A stretch of DNA of 64,000 nucleotides from Octopus sinensis (taxonomy: Eukaryota), in contig NC_043014.1 of NCBI RefSeq assembly GCF_006345805.1, forward strand, positions 12,462,001-12,526,000, given 5' to 3'. The stretch's first letter is position 1; each line of letters begins with the position of its first letter. Below the pieces are notes generated by a model. That model ran no database searches and was not told the origin of the DNA. It worked only from the letters and a program-made list of their open reading frames with translations. Below, piece after piece: positions 52,557 through 64,000 of the stretch. The position numbers and the translations under genes were made by a program.

Positions 52557-53060
52557 ACCTGTGTCGGTGGCACATAAAAAACACCATCCGAGCGTGGCCG
52601 TTCGCCAGCCTCGTCTGGCACCTGTGTCGGTGGCACATAAAAAACACCATCCGAGCGTGGCCGTTCGCCAGCCTCGTCTGGCACCTGTGTCGGTGGCACA
52701 TAAAAAACATCATCCGAGCATGGCCGTTTGCCAGCCTCGTCTGGCACCTGTGTCGGTGGCACATAAAAAACATCATCCGAGCATGGCCGTTTGCCAGCCT
52801 CGTCTGGCACCTGTGTCGGTGGCACATAAAAAACACCATCCGAGCATGGCCGTTTGCCAGCCTCGTCTGGCACCTGTGTCGGTGGCACATAAAATCACCC
52901 ACTACACTCTCGAAGTGGTTGGCGTTAGGAAGGGCATCCAGCTGTAGAAACACTGCGAGATCTGACTGGCCTGGTGCAGCCTTCGGGCTTCCCAGACCCC
53001 AGTTGAACCGTCCAACCCATTCTAGCATGGAAAGCGGACGTTAAACGATGATGATGATGA
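52557..53060 (+). repeat. (GAT)n-tailed repeat with five 62-63-bp tandem units
   Basis: cctgtgtcggtggcacataaaaaacaccatccgagcgtggccgttcgccagcctcgtctggca x5; relatives at 45330-45760, 62070-62505, 60595-60900. Confidence 0.9.
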
Positions 53061-53599
53061 AACCCTAATGTACAGCTATGTCGTTAAAATGTTTGCTTCA
53101 TAGCCAAGGTCTGAATTCGTAGGACTGTGATATGTTAGCCAATTATTTTCAATGAAAGCTTTGAGAGTAAAATTTGATAGATGGAAACAGCGGAAATCCA
53201 TATTATATAGCTGATCTCTAATTGTGAAGGGAACCTGTAGAAGAGGTAGATCCAGGAAGATGTGGGATGAGGTGGTGAAATATGATCTTTGGTTGTTGAG
53301 TCTCATGGAGGCAATGACAAGTGACCGAGACTTTTGGCAATTTGTTGAGCTTCAGAAAACACATCAAGGTAAGTGGAATTATGGTTGTGGCCAGTGCTGA
53401 TGACACATAAAAGACACCCAGTACATACTCTAGAGTGGTTGGTGTTGAGAAGGGCATCCAGCTGTAGAAACCAAGCCAAAAAATGAAGGCTGGAGCCTGG
53501 TGCAGCTCTCCTCAGAAAAGATTTTGGAGGGTAAGTTCAAATCATTTGAGCACTACTAAGTATTTTCTATATTGAGTATCTCTGGATGTCATCTGTTAA

Positions 53600-53631
<32 letters not shown>

Positions 53632-53927
53632 GTGTGTGAGTGTGCGTATATATATATATATATATAATAACAAAGGGTAAAATTAATTAATTAAGAAGTA
53701 ATCAATAATTTTCCCCAAGTAGAATTCGGCATGAAAAAAGGACCATTTCATGGTAAACTTAAGTAATACTTAATAAATAGGGTTCAGCAAAGATTTGCTT
53801 TACCACATACCGAAGTTTAGAAATAGCAGCCAAAAACGTTAGCTATTTCTTCTACTTTAAAAAGGGACTCCCAGAAAAACCAAAAGTATGTGGTAAAGCA
53901 AATCTTTGCTGAACACCTATTTATTAA

Positions 53928-53988
<61 letters not shown>

Positions 53989-54291
53989 TAGATAGATATT
54001 GTTACCATCAGTTAACATCAGTTTTCCATGATGGCAGGATTTGGACATGTGTGGGGGTCTTTATGTATGTGTTTGTCCCCCTCCCCACTACTTGACAACC
54101 GGTGTTGGTGTGTTTACATCCCCATAACTTAGCGATTTGGCAAAAAGAGACCAACAGAATAAGTACCAGGCTATATAAGAGATAATAAATACAGGGGTTG
54201 ATTCGTTTGACTAAAATTCCTCAAGGCAATGCTCCAGCATGGCTGCAGTCTAATGACTGAAACAAGTAAAAGATAAAAAATTATGATATAC

Positions 54292-54441
54292 CTTGGTATT
54301 TTCAGAAGTCGAGACACATATCATTTTCTTCAGTGTGTCAATTGTATTTTGGTATTTCTTCTCCAATTGTTCTTTCTCTGAATCATTGCTTATGAATCTA
54401 TAATATGGATTTAAGTTCTTCTGTGGAGTCTGTTTCTTATA
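54292..54441 (-). CDS. CENPE: CENP-E exon (proximal stalk)
   Basis: cccatag|YKKQTPQKNLNPYYRFISNDSEKEQLEKKYQNTIDTLKKMICVSTSENTK|gtatat; 150 nt, phase 0/0, open. Confidence 0.8.
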
Positions 54442-54517
54442 CTATGGGAAAATAAAAGAGAAATGTTATACACCAACAAACAAAAATGTTTCATAAATAT
54501 TTTTTAAATATTAACAA

Positions 54518-54905
54518 GGCGCAAGAGTGGCTGTGTGGTAAGTAGCTTGCTTACCAACCACATGGTTCCGGGTTCAGTCCCACTGCATGGCATCTTGGGC
54601 AAGTGTCTTCTGCTATAGCCTCGGGCCAACCAATGCCTTGTGAGTGGATTTGGTAGACGGAAACTGAAAGGAGCCTGTCATATATATGTATATATATATG
54701 TATGTGTGTTTGTGTGTCTGTGTTTGTCCCCCTAGCATTGCTTGACAACCGATGCTGGTGTGTTTACGTCCCCGTCACTTAGCGGTTTGGCAAAAGAGAC
54801 CGATAGAATAAGTACTGGGCTTACAAAGAATAAGTCCCGGGGTCGATTTGCTCGACTGAAGGTGGTGCTCCAGCATGGCCGCAGTCAAATGACTGAGACA
54901 AGTAC
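54518..54905 (+). mobile_element. tRNA-derived SINE, abundant family (also 51470-51853 -, 46780-47113 -, 37890-38245 +, 23010-23312 -)
   Basis: A box tggctgtgtggt, B box gggttcagtccc, ttgggcaag core, shared 3' tail. Confidence 0.85.
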
Positions 54906-55689
54906 ATGAGAGTAAAGCAAATGATAACACTGTGTGACATGTCTTTTGTCCTTGGGCAGCAACTCTTATTTCCTATTTGCTTACCCCTAGAAAGTATGAA
55001 AAATGGCAAATAGTTCCTTCAAACTTTGCTTTTCTTACATTTATTCAAACCCCAAGGAATCCCTCTCAAAACAAGGCTGTGATGCACCCCAACTACTCCT
55101 GCTCATGATTAGAGAAGCACATATTGTCAGCCACTAAAGGACGTACTCAAAGGGTTAAGGGTCAAGCAACTGACAAAACCAATTTGTGGTACTGAGAAGA
55201 ATATTTGACAGGCAGAAAATAGGTATAAATCACAAAAAGCTGTACCAAATGTAAGCTATCAACATACAAGTGATAATAATGGAGACCCAGGCAAGCTCAC
55301 AAAAAAAACAAGCTTCATACAATGTGGTTGATGTACTGTTGCAATACATACTAAAAGTACATACACATACAACATTCAATATCCATTGTGCTGGCATGGG
55401 TCAGCTGGTTCTACAGAAGCAGGTCGGCTACAGGTAAGCTCCAATGTCTGCTTTGGCACAGATCAGATGGTTCTACAGGAGGGTGCTAAGCTCCAATGTC
55501 TGCTTCAGTATGGATCAGATGGTTCTACAGAAGCAAGCTGGCAGGCTACAGGAGGGTGCTAAGCTCCAATGTCTGCTTCAGCATGGTTCCTATGTCCTTC
55601 CTAATGCCAACGACTTTACAATGGGTGCTTTTTATGTGCATCCCCCCCCAACATCTCTAATCACCCTCTCTCTCTCTCTATCCGCTCAG

Positions 55690-55895
55690 TCGAAGTTGAC
55701 TCTCAGTCACTCGTTGGATCAGTGTCCTCCAGTCAGTTCTATCCTGGGCCACTTCCTTCAGATTGGCTATGTCCATTCCGGTATCACTCTTGATGGTGTC
55801 AAGCCAGTGGGTTCTTGGTCAGCCTCTTCCTCTCTTGCCACTGACCATTCCTAGCATGATGTCCTTCTCCAGGGATTCTCTCCGCATTAATTTTA
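55690..55895 (-). mobile_element. RTE/BovB-like LINE 3' fragment
   Basis: SLEKDIMLGMVSGKRGRG*PRTHWLDTIK. Confidence 0.7.
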
Positions 55896-56414
55896 AATTT
55901 ATATTAGTAACATTCTTCGTTATCAACATAAATGGATAACCTCTTAAAAAAGACATAAGCTCACAAGTGAAGAACCCACCAACTGAGATGAGGTGTGGTA
56001 TTGAGCAGGGTGGTTTCATGCCAGGTGATGAGAGGTTAACCCTTCTGTTCCCAACCTGGCTGAAACTGGCTCTGGCTCTGAGTACAAATGTCTTATTTTC
56101 ATAAGTTTTGAATTAAAATCTTCCACCAAACCTTAGTCACAATTTATGTTTCTAACACTAGCCGAATGAAAACTAAGTTATTTTACAAAATTCTTTGTCA
56201 TATTTAAAGTAATTGAAAGAAACACACAGCATCTCAAAATAAATACAGTAACGAAAGGTTTAGGGTATGATAGGGGAAGAAGAACAGGAGTCTCGCTGTA
56301 GGGGAGATACATAGTTACACTTTCAATGAAACAAAAAAATGGTAGTAAATTGTAAAAATTAACAAAAAATATTTATAGCTGAAAGAAAAATAAAATCAGA
56401 TAACTATCAGTTAC

Positions 56415-56540
56415 CGATTCCAGTTGCTTCTTCAATTGGTGAATTTCCTGTTGATAGCGTTTCAAAATAGCCTTGTTCGACACATCTGTGATTTCATTAA
56501 TCATTGGTTGATTATTTATGGTTTTGGCTCGACTGGCAAA
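56415..56540 (-). CDS. CENPE: CENP-E exon (alpha6, neck linker, neck coil)
   Basis: FASRAKTINNQPMINEITDVSNKAILKRYQQEIHQLKKQLES resembles the kinesin-7 neck (ALLKRYRKEI..LK.QLE); 126 nt, AG/GT borders. Confidence 0.9.
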
Positions 56541-57049
56541 CTGCAAAGAGAGACAACAAGAAAGTGAAAACCCATTACTCAATCATCATCAACATTTAAG
56601 GTCTAGTTATCATGCTGGCGTGTGTTGGACAGCTTGACAGGAACTGCACTGGGTTCCATAGCCTGTTTTGGCTTGATTTCCACAGTTGGATGCCCTCCCT
56701 AATGCCAACCATTCCACAGATGGATTGGATGCTTTTTACATGGCAACATCATCAGTGCTTTTTATGTGGCACCAGTACCAGTGCTTTTTAAGGGGCAACA
56801 GTACCAGTGCTTTTCTGTTTGACACCAGCACCAGTGCCTTTTATGTGGCACCAGCCCTAGTGCTTTCCATGTGCTACAGCACCAGTACTTTTTATGTGGC
56901 ACTAGCACCCACACCAATGGTTTTTACAAGACACCTCGGTTTTAAGGTCTCAGTTCCAGCATTTGTGCTGGAAGCTTTCAGAGTGTTTGGGTGTCAATCT
57001 AAGGACAGTGCAATCTGGGGACATGTACTGAGAGTGATAAAAATGAGAC

Positions 57050-57220
57050 AATTATGTGACCACATAACCTCTAACATCTGCAGACGGCAACCCCCTTGAT
57101 TATTATGTGTGGGGTGCAGTTGAGCAAAGAGCCCAACAAAACTCCTTGTTACACCAAAGATGAACTGAAGGGAAAGAATTATGGCAACATTCACCACCTT
57201 AAACAAGGAGACCATCCACA
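57050..57220 (+). mobile_element. Tc1/mariner (maT-like) transposase remnant
   Basis: SADGNPLDYYVWGAVE resembles SPDLNPLDYxxW. Confidence 0.6.
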
Positions 57221-57748
57221 ATAAATTTACTCTTAACTATTTCAGGATATTGAGACATCCGTATTATTTTCATTTTTGCGTAATTCAGAAAACAATTTAT
57301 TCACCACAGTCAGTATATGTGTATTAATCATCATCATTTAACATCCACCTTCTATACTGGCATGGGTTGGACAGTTTGACAGGAGCCAGCCTGGTAGAAG
57401 ACTACCTCAGGTTACTGTGTCTATTTGGGCAGGGTACTTACGACTGGATATCCTTCCTAACACCAACCACTCTGCAGAGTGTACTGAGTGCCTTTTTGCA
57501 TGGCACCAGCACATGTAAGGTCAGTTTCGGCATGGTTTTTAAAACTGGATGCCCTTCAAAATGCCAACCACTTTACAGTGTGGACTAGATGCTTTTTACA
57601 TGGCACCAGCACTAGCAGGGTCACCAAGTAATTTGCAAGACAAGGAATTTTGAGAGGAGAGAAGGTACTGGAGGAGGAGATCTTGTGTTAGATAATGAAA
57701 GGTTACAGTGTGACAGAGAGACAGAAACAGGTGTCTTGTTATAAATGA

Positions 57749-58114
57749 CTAGCAATATCGCCAGGCGTTGCTCGGGTTTGTAAGGGAAATAACTATATAA
57801 GCATTTTTAGAGATGTAAAATATAATAGCCATCTCAATATGGCTAACCACAAAGGGGGGGTGTTACTGTAGCTTTTTAATAATACATTTTTAGAGAGTTA
57901 CTTCCCTTATATATGCCAAAAATGTATTAAAAATGGGGAAAATTGATGGTAAATTTTTTTTTAAATCGTAGAATCATCATAGATGCGTGCTCGATATGAA
58001 TCACGACTATAAGATACCCGGTTTTGGTTAAACTGCACCGCAAAATGTGAGAGTAGTTAGGAATCTAAATCGTAGGAGACAGACAGCACACAACCTCTCT
58101 TTTATATATAAAGA
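57749..58114 (-). mobile_element. Non-autonomous Helitron-like element
   Basis: Minus strand 5' TC-tttatatataaaa, 3' hairpin cccgagcaacgcctgg plus CTAG; related copy at 59784-60088. Confidence 0.7.
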
Positions 58115-58485
58115 TATATATATCATCATCATTGTTGTCATCGTTTAACTTCCATTTTCCATGTTGGCATGGGTTGGATGGTTTGAGAGGAACTGGCCAG
58201 CCAGAGAGCTGCCCAGACTCCAATTCTCTGTTTTAACATGGTTTCTACAGCTGGATGCCCTTCCTAATGGCAACCACTTTACAGAGTGTGTATCATGTTT
58301 TTTTACATGCCACTGGCACGTGTGTATTTATGTAGCACCGACATGAGTGTATAAAATACTGAATGTAAATAAATACAGAACTGAAGAATGAATAGAAAAG
58401 TGATACAGATTAATGTATACAAAGAAGGGAAAAAAACTCAACAACATATTGTAGATTCAGTCAAGAAATTAACATTGCTACTTAC

Positions 58486-58618
58486 TCGCAGAGTGGAATG
58501 TGTCTCATCAATTGCAGTTGGGTTAATAGTGCAAATAATAGCAGTCTTTGAATTACCTCCAAGACCATTCTGAAGTAATCTTGTCAACTTAGAATCTCTG
58601 TAGTTAATATGCTGGTGA
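58486..58618 (-). CDS. CENPE: CENP-E exon (motor C-terminal half)
   Basis: ttccag|(S)[44 protein letters not shown]|gtaagt; phase matches the previous exon. Confidence 0.92.
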
Positions 58619-58879
58619 CTGGAAAATAAAACAAGAAAAAATTCACAATCTTAAATGCAATGGAGCATATAAAACATTGTACACACACTCAAGCATAGGC
58701 ATGGCTGTGTGGTTAAGAAGTTTGATTCCCAACCACATGGCTTTGGGTTCAGTCCCATTGCAGGACACCCTGAGCAAGTACTTTCAACTATAACTCAGGG
58801 CTAACCAAACTCTTGTGAGTGCATTTAGCATGCAGAAAACAAAAGAAGCTCATTGTGTGAGTGTGTGTGTGTGTTTGTG

Positions 58880-58943
<64 letters not shown>

Positions 58944-60274
58944 TAAATTGACAGATAGATATAATTAAATTCAATATATACATGTTTAAATTTTTTGGGC
59001 AAAAGCCTTGTAATGAGCTCTTAAAAGCTGTGCTCCTCTATGCCAGCTACCACCTTTTAGTTCCATCTTCTAAGGTAATCTGATGGTATGGTTATACAGC
59101 AAAGAATCCCTTTCAGTGTAGGATAATAATAATAGAAATAGTAATAATAATAAAAATAACAACAACTAGTAGAACGCGTGGAGTGTAGAGCCATATGTTG
59201 TGATTCATTAATAAAGCTTATGAACTTCCATCCACAAATTATTATTGTTATAGCGGTCACATTCAAAATGTGACCGCATGTGTACCTTTGGCGATTTTTT
59301 TCCCTCTGTCTACCCTTCTCCTATGTTTCCGACGAAGAGCTCCACTCGAAACGTTAAACCCTCCTTCTTTCCTGAGCATCCAATAATACTATATTTATTC
59401 CACGTCCTCGCATTGTTCTGTTTTGTTGTGCTTTCATGTTTGGATTAACTATATATATATATATATCGGGTCATTAAGAATAAAATGTTCAATTTTCTTA
59501 TGCACCAAGTTTGACAGTCGTCAACTCTAATGCTTTATCCTGACAATTCTGTTTTACAATGCCAGACCAAATTAAAAAGAAAATAGTTCTAACTCAATTT
59601 ATTAGGAAATCAATTAATCTAAATGGGATGCAGTTCAATTTTGTGCCAGAAAGACGTACTACTGATACTTTTCTGCAAGAAAGGCAACTGTAGGATAAGT
59701 ACTAAGCATTTCAGCTTTATAGATACTGATATATGCATACCCACATACACGTACAAACATGTGTGTGTCTGTTTTGTTCTTTAATAGCAGTATCGCTCAG
59801 CGTTGCTCGGATTTGTAAGGGAAATAACTATATAAGCATTTTTAGAGAGTTACTTCCCTTATATAAACCGAGCAAAAAATGCATTAAAAAAACGAAAAAA
59901 TGATGGTATATTTTTTTTTAAATCGTAGACTCATCGTAGACGCGTGCTAATACCCAGAAGGGCTCGATATGAATCACGACTATAAGATACCCGCTTTTGG
60001 TTAAACTGCACCGCAAAATGCGGGAGTAGTTAGGAATCGAAATCGGAGGAGACAGACTCTCACACAACTTCAGTTTTATATATAAAGATATGCCATAACC
60101 AAATGGTTTGACAAAGAGATATTATTAAAATATCAAGCTTAAAAAAGCACTTATATGAATATGATTGACTAAAATGTGGTGACTCAGTATGGCTGCAATC
60201 CAATGACTGCAACTAGTAAAAGGAACAAAGAATAAAACAGTAGTTAAAAAAAGAAAGCTATTTCTCGTACAAAC

Positions 60275-60405
60275 CTGATACCATCACTAAGTTTGCTGAT
60301 TACTTGTCCTAAAACTGAGAGACTTTTATTGATAGCACAACCTTCCCGGAATCGGTCACCAGTATTTTCAGAACATTTTTCAGATCCAGCTAAATCTATG
60401 AAATA
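60275..60405 (-). CDS. CENPE: Kinesin-7/CENP-E exon (motor switch II)
   Basis: ttttgcag|[43 protein letters not shown]|gtttgt; DLAGSE kinesin motif; 131 nt, ends phase 2. Confidence 0.9.
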
Positions 60406-61214
60406 CTGCAAAATTGAAAAGTAGTGGAGGGAAGAAAAAAAAACTCAATATTATCCTGTGTTACAAAATGCATTTAAATGTTCATCATCTATCGTTACAA
60501 GTGAAACGGACAAGTGTTAATCTACATCAAACGAGGTCCCTAATGAGCACATGTTTTACAGTACAAGTCTGCAGAACTAAACATCTAACACTTCATCATC
60601 ATCATCATCTTCGTTTAGCATCCGCTTTCCATGCTAGCATGGGTTGGACGGTTCAACTGGGGTCTGGGAAGCCAGAAGGCTGCACCAGGCCCAGTCTGAT
60701 CTGGCAATGTTTCTATGGCTGGATGCCCTTCCTAACGCCAACCATTCCGTGAGTGTAGTGGGTGCTTTTTACGTGCCAGACAAGGCTGGCAACGGCCACG
60801 ATCGGATGGTGCTTTTTAGTGCCACCGGCACGAGGCCAGTCGGGGCGGCGCTGGCAACGGCCACGTTCGGATGGTTCTCTTACGTACCACAGCTGCAATT
60901 TCTATTGATGTTGATCAATTTCAATTTTCACTTGCCTCAACAGGTCTTCACAAGTAAAATTGTGTCCCAAGAAGGAAAGGTATGCATAAGTGGACTGGCT
61001 ACACTGTGTAACAAAATTTTAATGTCTTTTTTTTTTTTTTTTGTCTTTGGTAAGTAAGTGTTTTTTCCTATTTGCTCCTATTTAGAAATCAAAGGAAATT
61101 CTTGCTATTCCCTTCAAACTTTGGCTTTTGTGATCTGGACATCAATGTTTTGAAACTAACCTATTTTCCTTTACATCTCAGACAGAGCCAGTGCTGAGAT
61201 GCTGAAGAAGAAGT

Positions 61215-61613
61215 GGATCTTTTCGCCTTGACTGGCAGTTTTTAAAAAAATTTGTAGTGGTGTTATATGAATTGTCACCCATAATTATGACCCTAGTATC
61301 GATCTATTGCATTTCAATCTGGGTTAGGGTTAGGGGTGAGGGGAAGGGTATCTTTTTTTCTTCAGAAATGTAAATAAACCCAATCTGTTTCTTAAATGAG
61401 GGACATTGTCATATGGCAGAAAATATTTTCACCTCAATAGACGTCATTGATTGGTTGAAATTGCAGAAAATATCTTACAAACTACAGAATTTTCTCAAGA
61501 AAGCCAAAGAGAAAAAGATGTTTTAAAAACACATTCTACCAGTATACAAAGTTTAAAAGTGTTTAGTTACATGGAAATTATTTAAAAAACTGCCGGTCAA
61601 AGCGAAAAGATCC
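61215..61613. mobile_element. MITE with GG termini and 8-bp TSD (Merlin-like)
   Basis: TIR ggatcttttcgc.ttgac.ggcagttttt; TSD gaagaagt/gaagaaat. Confidence 0.7.
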
Positions 61614-64000
61614 GAAGAAATATCATTATAGCAAATATTCTGCTCAATATCACAGATTTACTTGACCTTAACTACCCTTAGTAGTTGACGATATGCGCAT
61701 CTCTGATTATGAGCAGAAGTAGTGGAGGAACATCACAGCCATGTGTTAAGAGGGATTCTTGGGGTTTGAATAAATGTAACAAAAGCAAAGTTTCAAAGAA
61801 ATATTAGCCATTTTTCATACTCTCAAGGGGTAACTAAACAGGGTTGTTACCCAAGGACAAAAATTGTCTTAGTGTAATTTACAATTCTATCTGCATACAC
61901 TTAAAAGATATTAGATACAAAATTTCACTGGAAAGTTATGTGCCTTCCACAAATCCCAGGATGTTATATAACTATAAATTCCTTAACTATAAACGTGACT
62001 AGAATTAAGGGATTCTTTTGAAAACGAACCAAATGCACTAATAATTCGTCATGTTTTCTATTATATCTTACGTGGCCGTTGCCAAGCGCCGCCTCAACTG
62101 GCTTCTGTGTCGGTGGCACATAAAAAAAGCACCATCCAAACGTGGCCGATGCCAGCGCTGCCTCGGCTGGCTTCTGTGCCGGTGGCACATAAATGGCACC
62201 ATCCAAACGTGGCCGATGCCAGCGCCGCCTCGACTGGCTTCTGTGCCGGTGGCACATAAAAAGCACCATCTGAACGTGGCCGATGCCAGCTCCGCCTTGG
62301 CTGGCTTCCGTGCAGGTGGCACGTAAAAAGCACCCACTACACTCGCGGAGTGGTTGGTGTTAGGAAGGGCATCCAGCTGTAGAAACACTGCCAGATCAGA
62401 CTATGGCCTGGTGCAGCCCCTGGCTTCCCAGACCCCAGTCGAACCGTCCAACTCGTGCTAGCGGCGGAAAACAGACGTTAAAAGATTATGATGATGATGA
62501 TGATATAGACACGCAATGACACAGACATATACAACATATAATATGCGTGTGTGTATATGAGAGTGAGTAAGTTACAATAGTCCTCACCTCTCCTGAAATT
62601 GAAACCAGTCTCACAGGGTTAACCTTCTCAACTTTTCCTGGAACTTTCAGCTTTTTTCCTGGAACTCACAGCTGAGTGGATTGGAGAAAGGTGAAATGAA
62701 GTGTTTTTTTTGCCCAAGAACACACATTCCGCCTGTGTCAGGAATCAAAACCACAAATCTTTATATTCGTGGAGTGTTTATATATCCTAACCACTAGTAA
62801 GAGCAGAATTAAAATCTACATCTCATTATAAGGTAGGTGTGAGAGGTGAATCCAGCCATTTTAATATGACAGTAGAATATTTGGAGTGTAATATGGCAGT
62901 TTTTAACACGGAAGCATTAAAGACCAATGCTTTAAGACTATCATTGATTTAAAATTTTTACACCAATACACATATTATATACATACAGATATTTGTATAT
63001 CATCATCATCATCGTTTAACGTCTGCTTTCCATGCTAGCATGAGTTGGACGATTTGACTCTTTTATCTCTCTCTTTACTGAGCCAAACTTATTAGCTAAT
63101 CCCTTAATATTTTTGTTCATCCTCATTGATAATTACTCACAGGTGTGGATGTGTGGTTAAGAATCTTGCTTTCCAACCATGTGGTCTAAGGATCAATCCC
63201 ACTGTTTAGCACCTTGGGTGAAAGTTTTTTGTTATAGCCTTGGGCTGCAGAAAGTCTTGAGCAGATTTGGTAGACGGAAACTGAAAGAAGCCATCTGTAT
63301 GTGTGTGTGTGTGTGTGCCTACACTTGTCATGACAACATCTGATGGTTGTAAATAAGAATCACCATCATACAAACAATGTCATTTCATTTGTTGTGTCTG
63401 GCCATGGGGAAAAAAATTCTCTTGCTTGGAAACATTGGTGACAGCAAGAGCATCAGTCATAAAAAAATCTGCCTCAACAATTCATGACTGATCCATGCCA
63501 GCAAGGAAAAGTGGATGTTAAATAATGATGGTAGGATGATATTTAAAACACTGAGGTGATTATTTTTGATGTTGAAAATATTGGTAATAATCGGATCCAA
63601 CTCTTTTATGACTTAAATACGTGATCACAAACCATAATAAAATGAACTGCTCAACATGAAGGATTAGCTATGTTCATCTCCTAGATATGGCTAGGTTATT
63701 CAATCTTTTCTTTCTCAAAACTATAATCTTCTAGGTTACTTTTCCTTAATATTTCATGTCATCACTAACCTCTATTTCCCAAGTACTGTATTTTCTGGTC
63801 ATACAATTGAATTATCAGACCAAGATTTACAGTCAAATACAAAGTGGGTTACTATATATACCAAGACTATGGAAGACCAAAATTCCATGTGAAATGCAGC
63901 AAGATTCAGAAGGACAGTGACATCATCATCATCATCATCATTTAGCGTCCGCTTTCCATGCTAGCATGTGTTGGACGGTTCAACTGGGGTCTGGGAAGCC

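Noticed and set aside
52471-53044. Cys/His-rich repeat proteins or a CRISPR-like array
   Set aside because: Translations of a tandem unit in a dispersed repeat; no unique spacers or cas genes; eukaryotic context
61320-61340. Telomeric TTAGGG repeats
   Set aside because: Only two units, internal to a MITE
62585-62670. Next upstream CENP-E exon
   Set aside because: A donor-like site is present, but there is no kinesin motif (SSRSH expected); earlier motor exons probably lie beyond the window

Overview
AT-rich, repeat-dense eukaryotic DNA, probably from an octopus (inferred from tRNA-derived OK/OR-like SINEs and (GAT)n-tailed repeats). Two contigs are joined by a 100-N gap (31349-31448). Right of the gap lies a minus-strand kinesin-7/CENP-E gene. 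Eight small exons could be joined by hand with consistent splice phases (end of motor, neck, RRKTW site). They lead to a giant exon of at least 4.4 kb encoding a coiled coil with 21 or more Cys-bearing repeats of mostly 35 aa, which runs into the gap. The introns hold a near full-length CsRN1-type Ty3/Gypsy element (GGGAAAC slippery site plus pseudoknot), a probable solo LTR next to the giant exon's acceptor, and a 200-bp ectopic copy of the repeat exon. Left of the gap are a candidate uORF-rich 5' leader exon of an unidentified plus-strand gene, a DD36E Tc1 element, Penelope-like remnants (one with a long insert inside GIY-YIG), several minimal hammerhead ribozyme motifs, and many MITE, Helitron, SINE and LINE fragments. 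All alignments and counts were done by eye; no database search was run.
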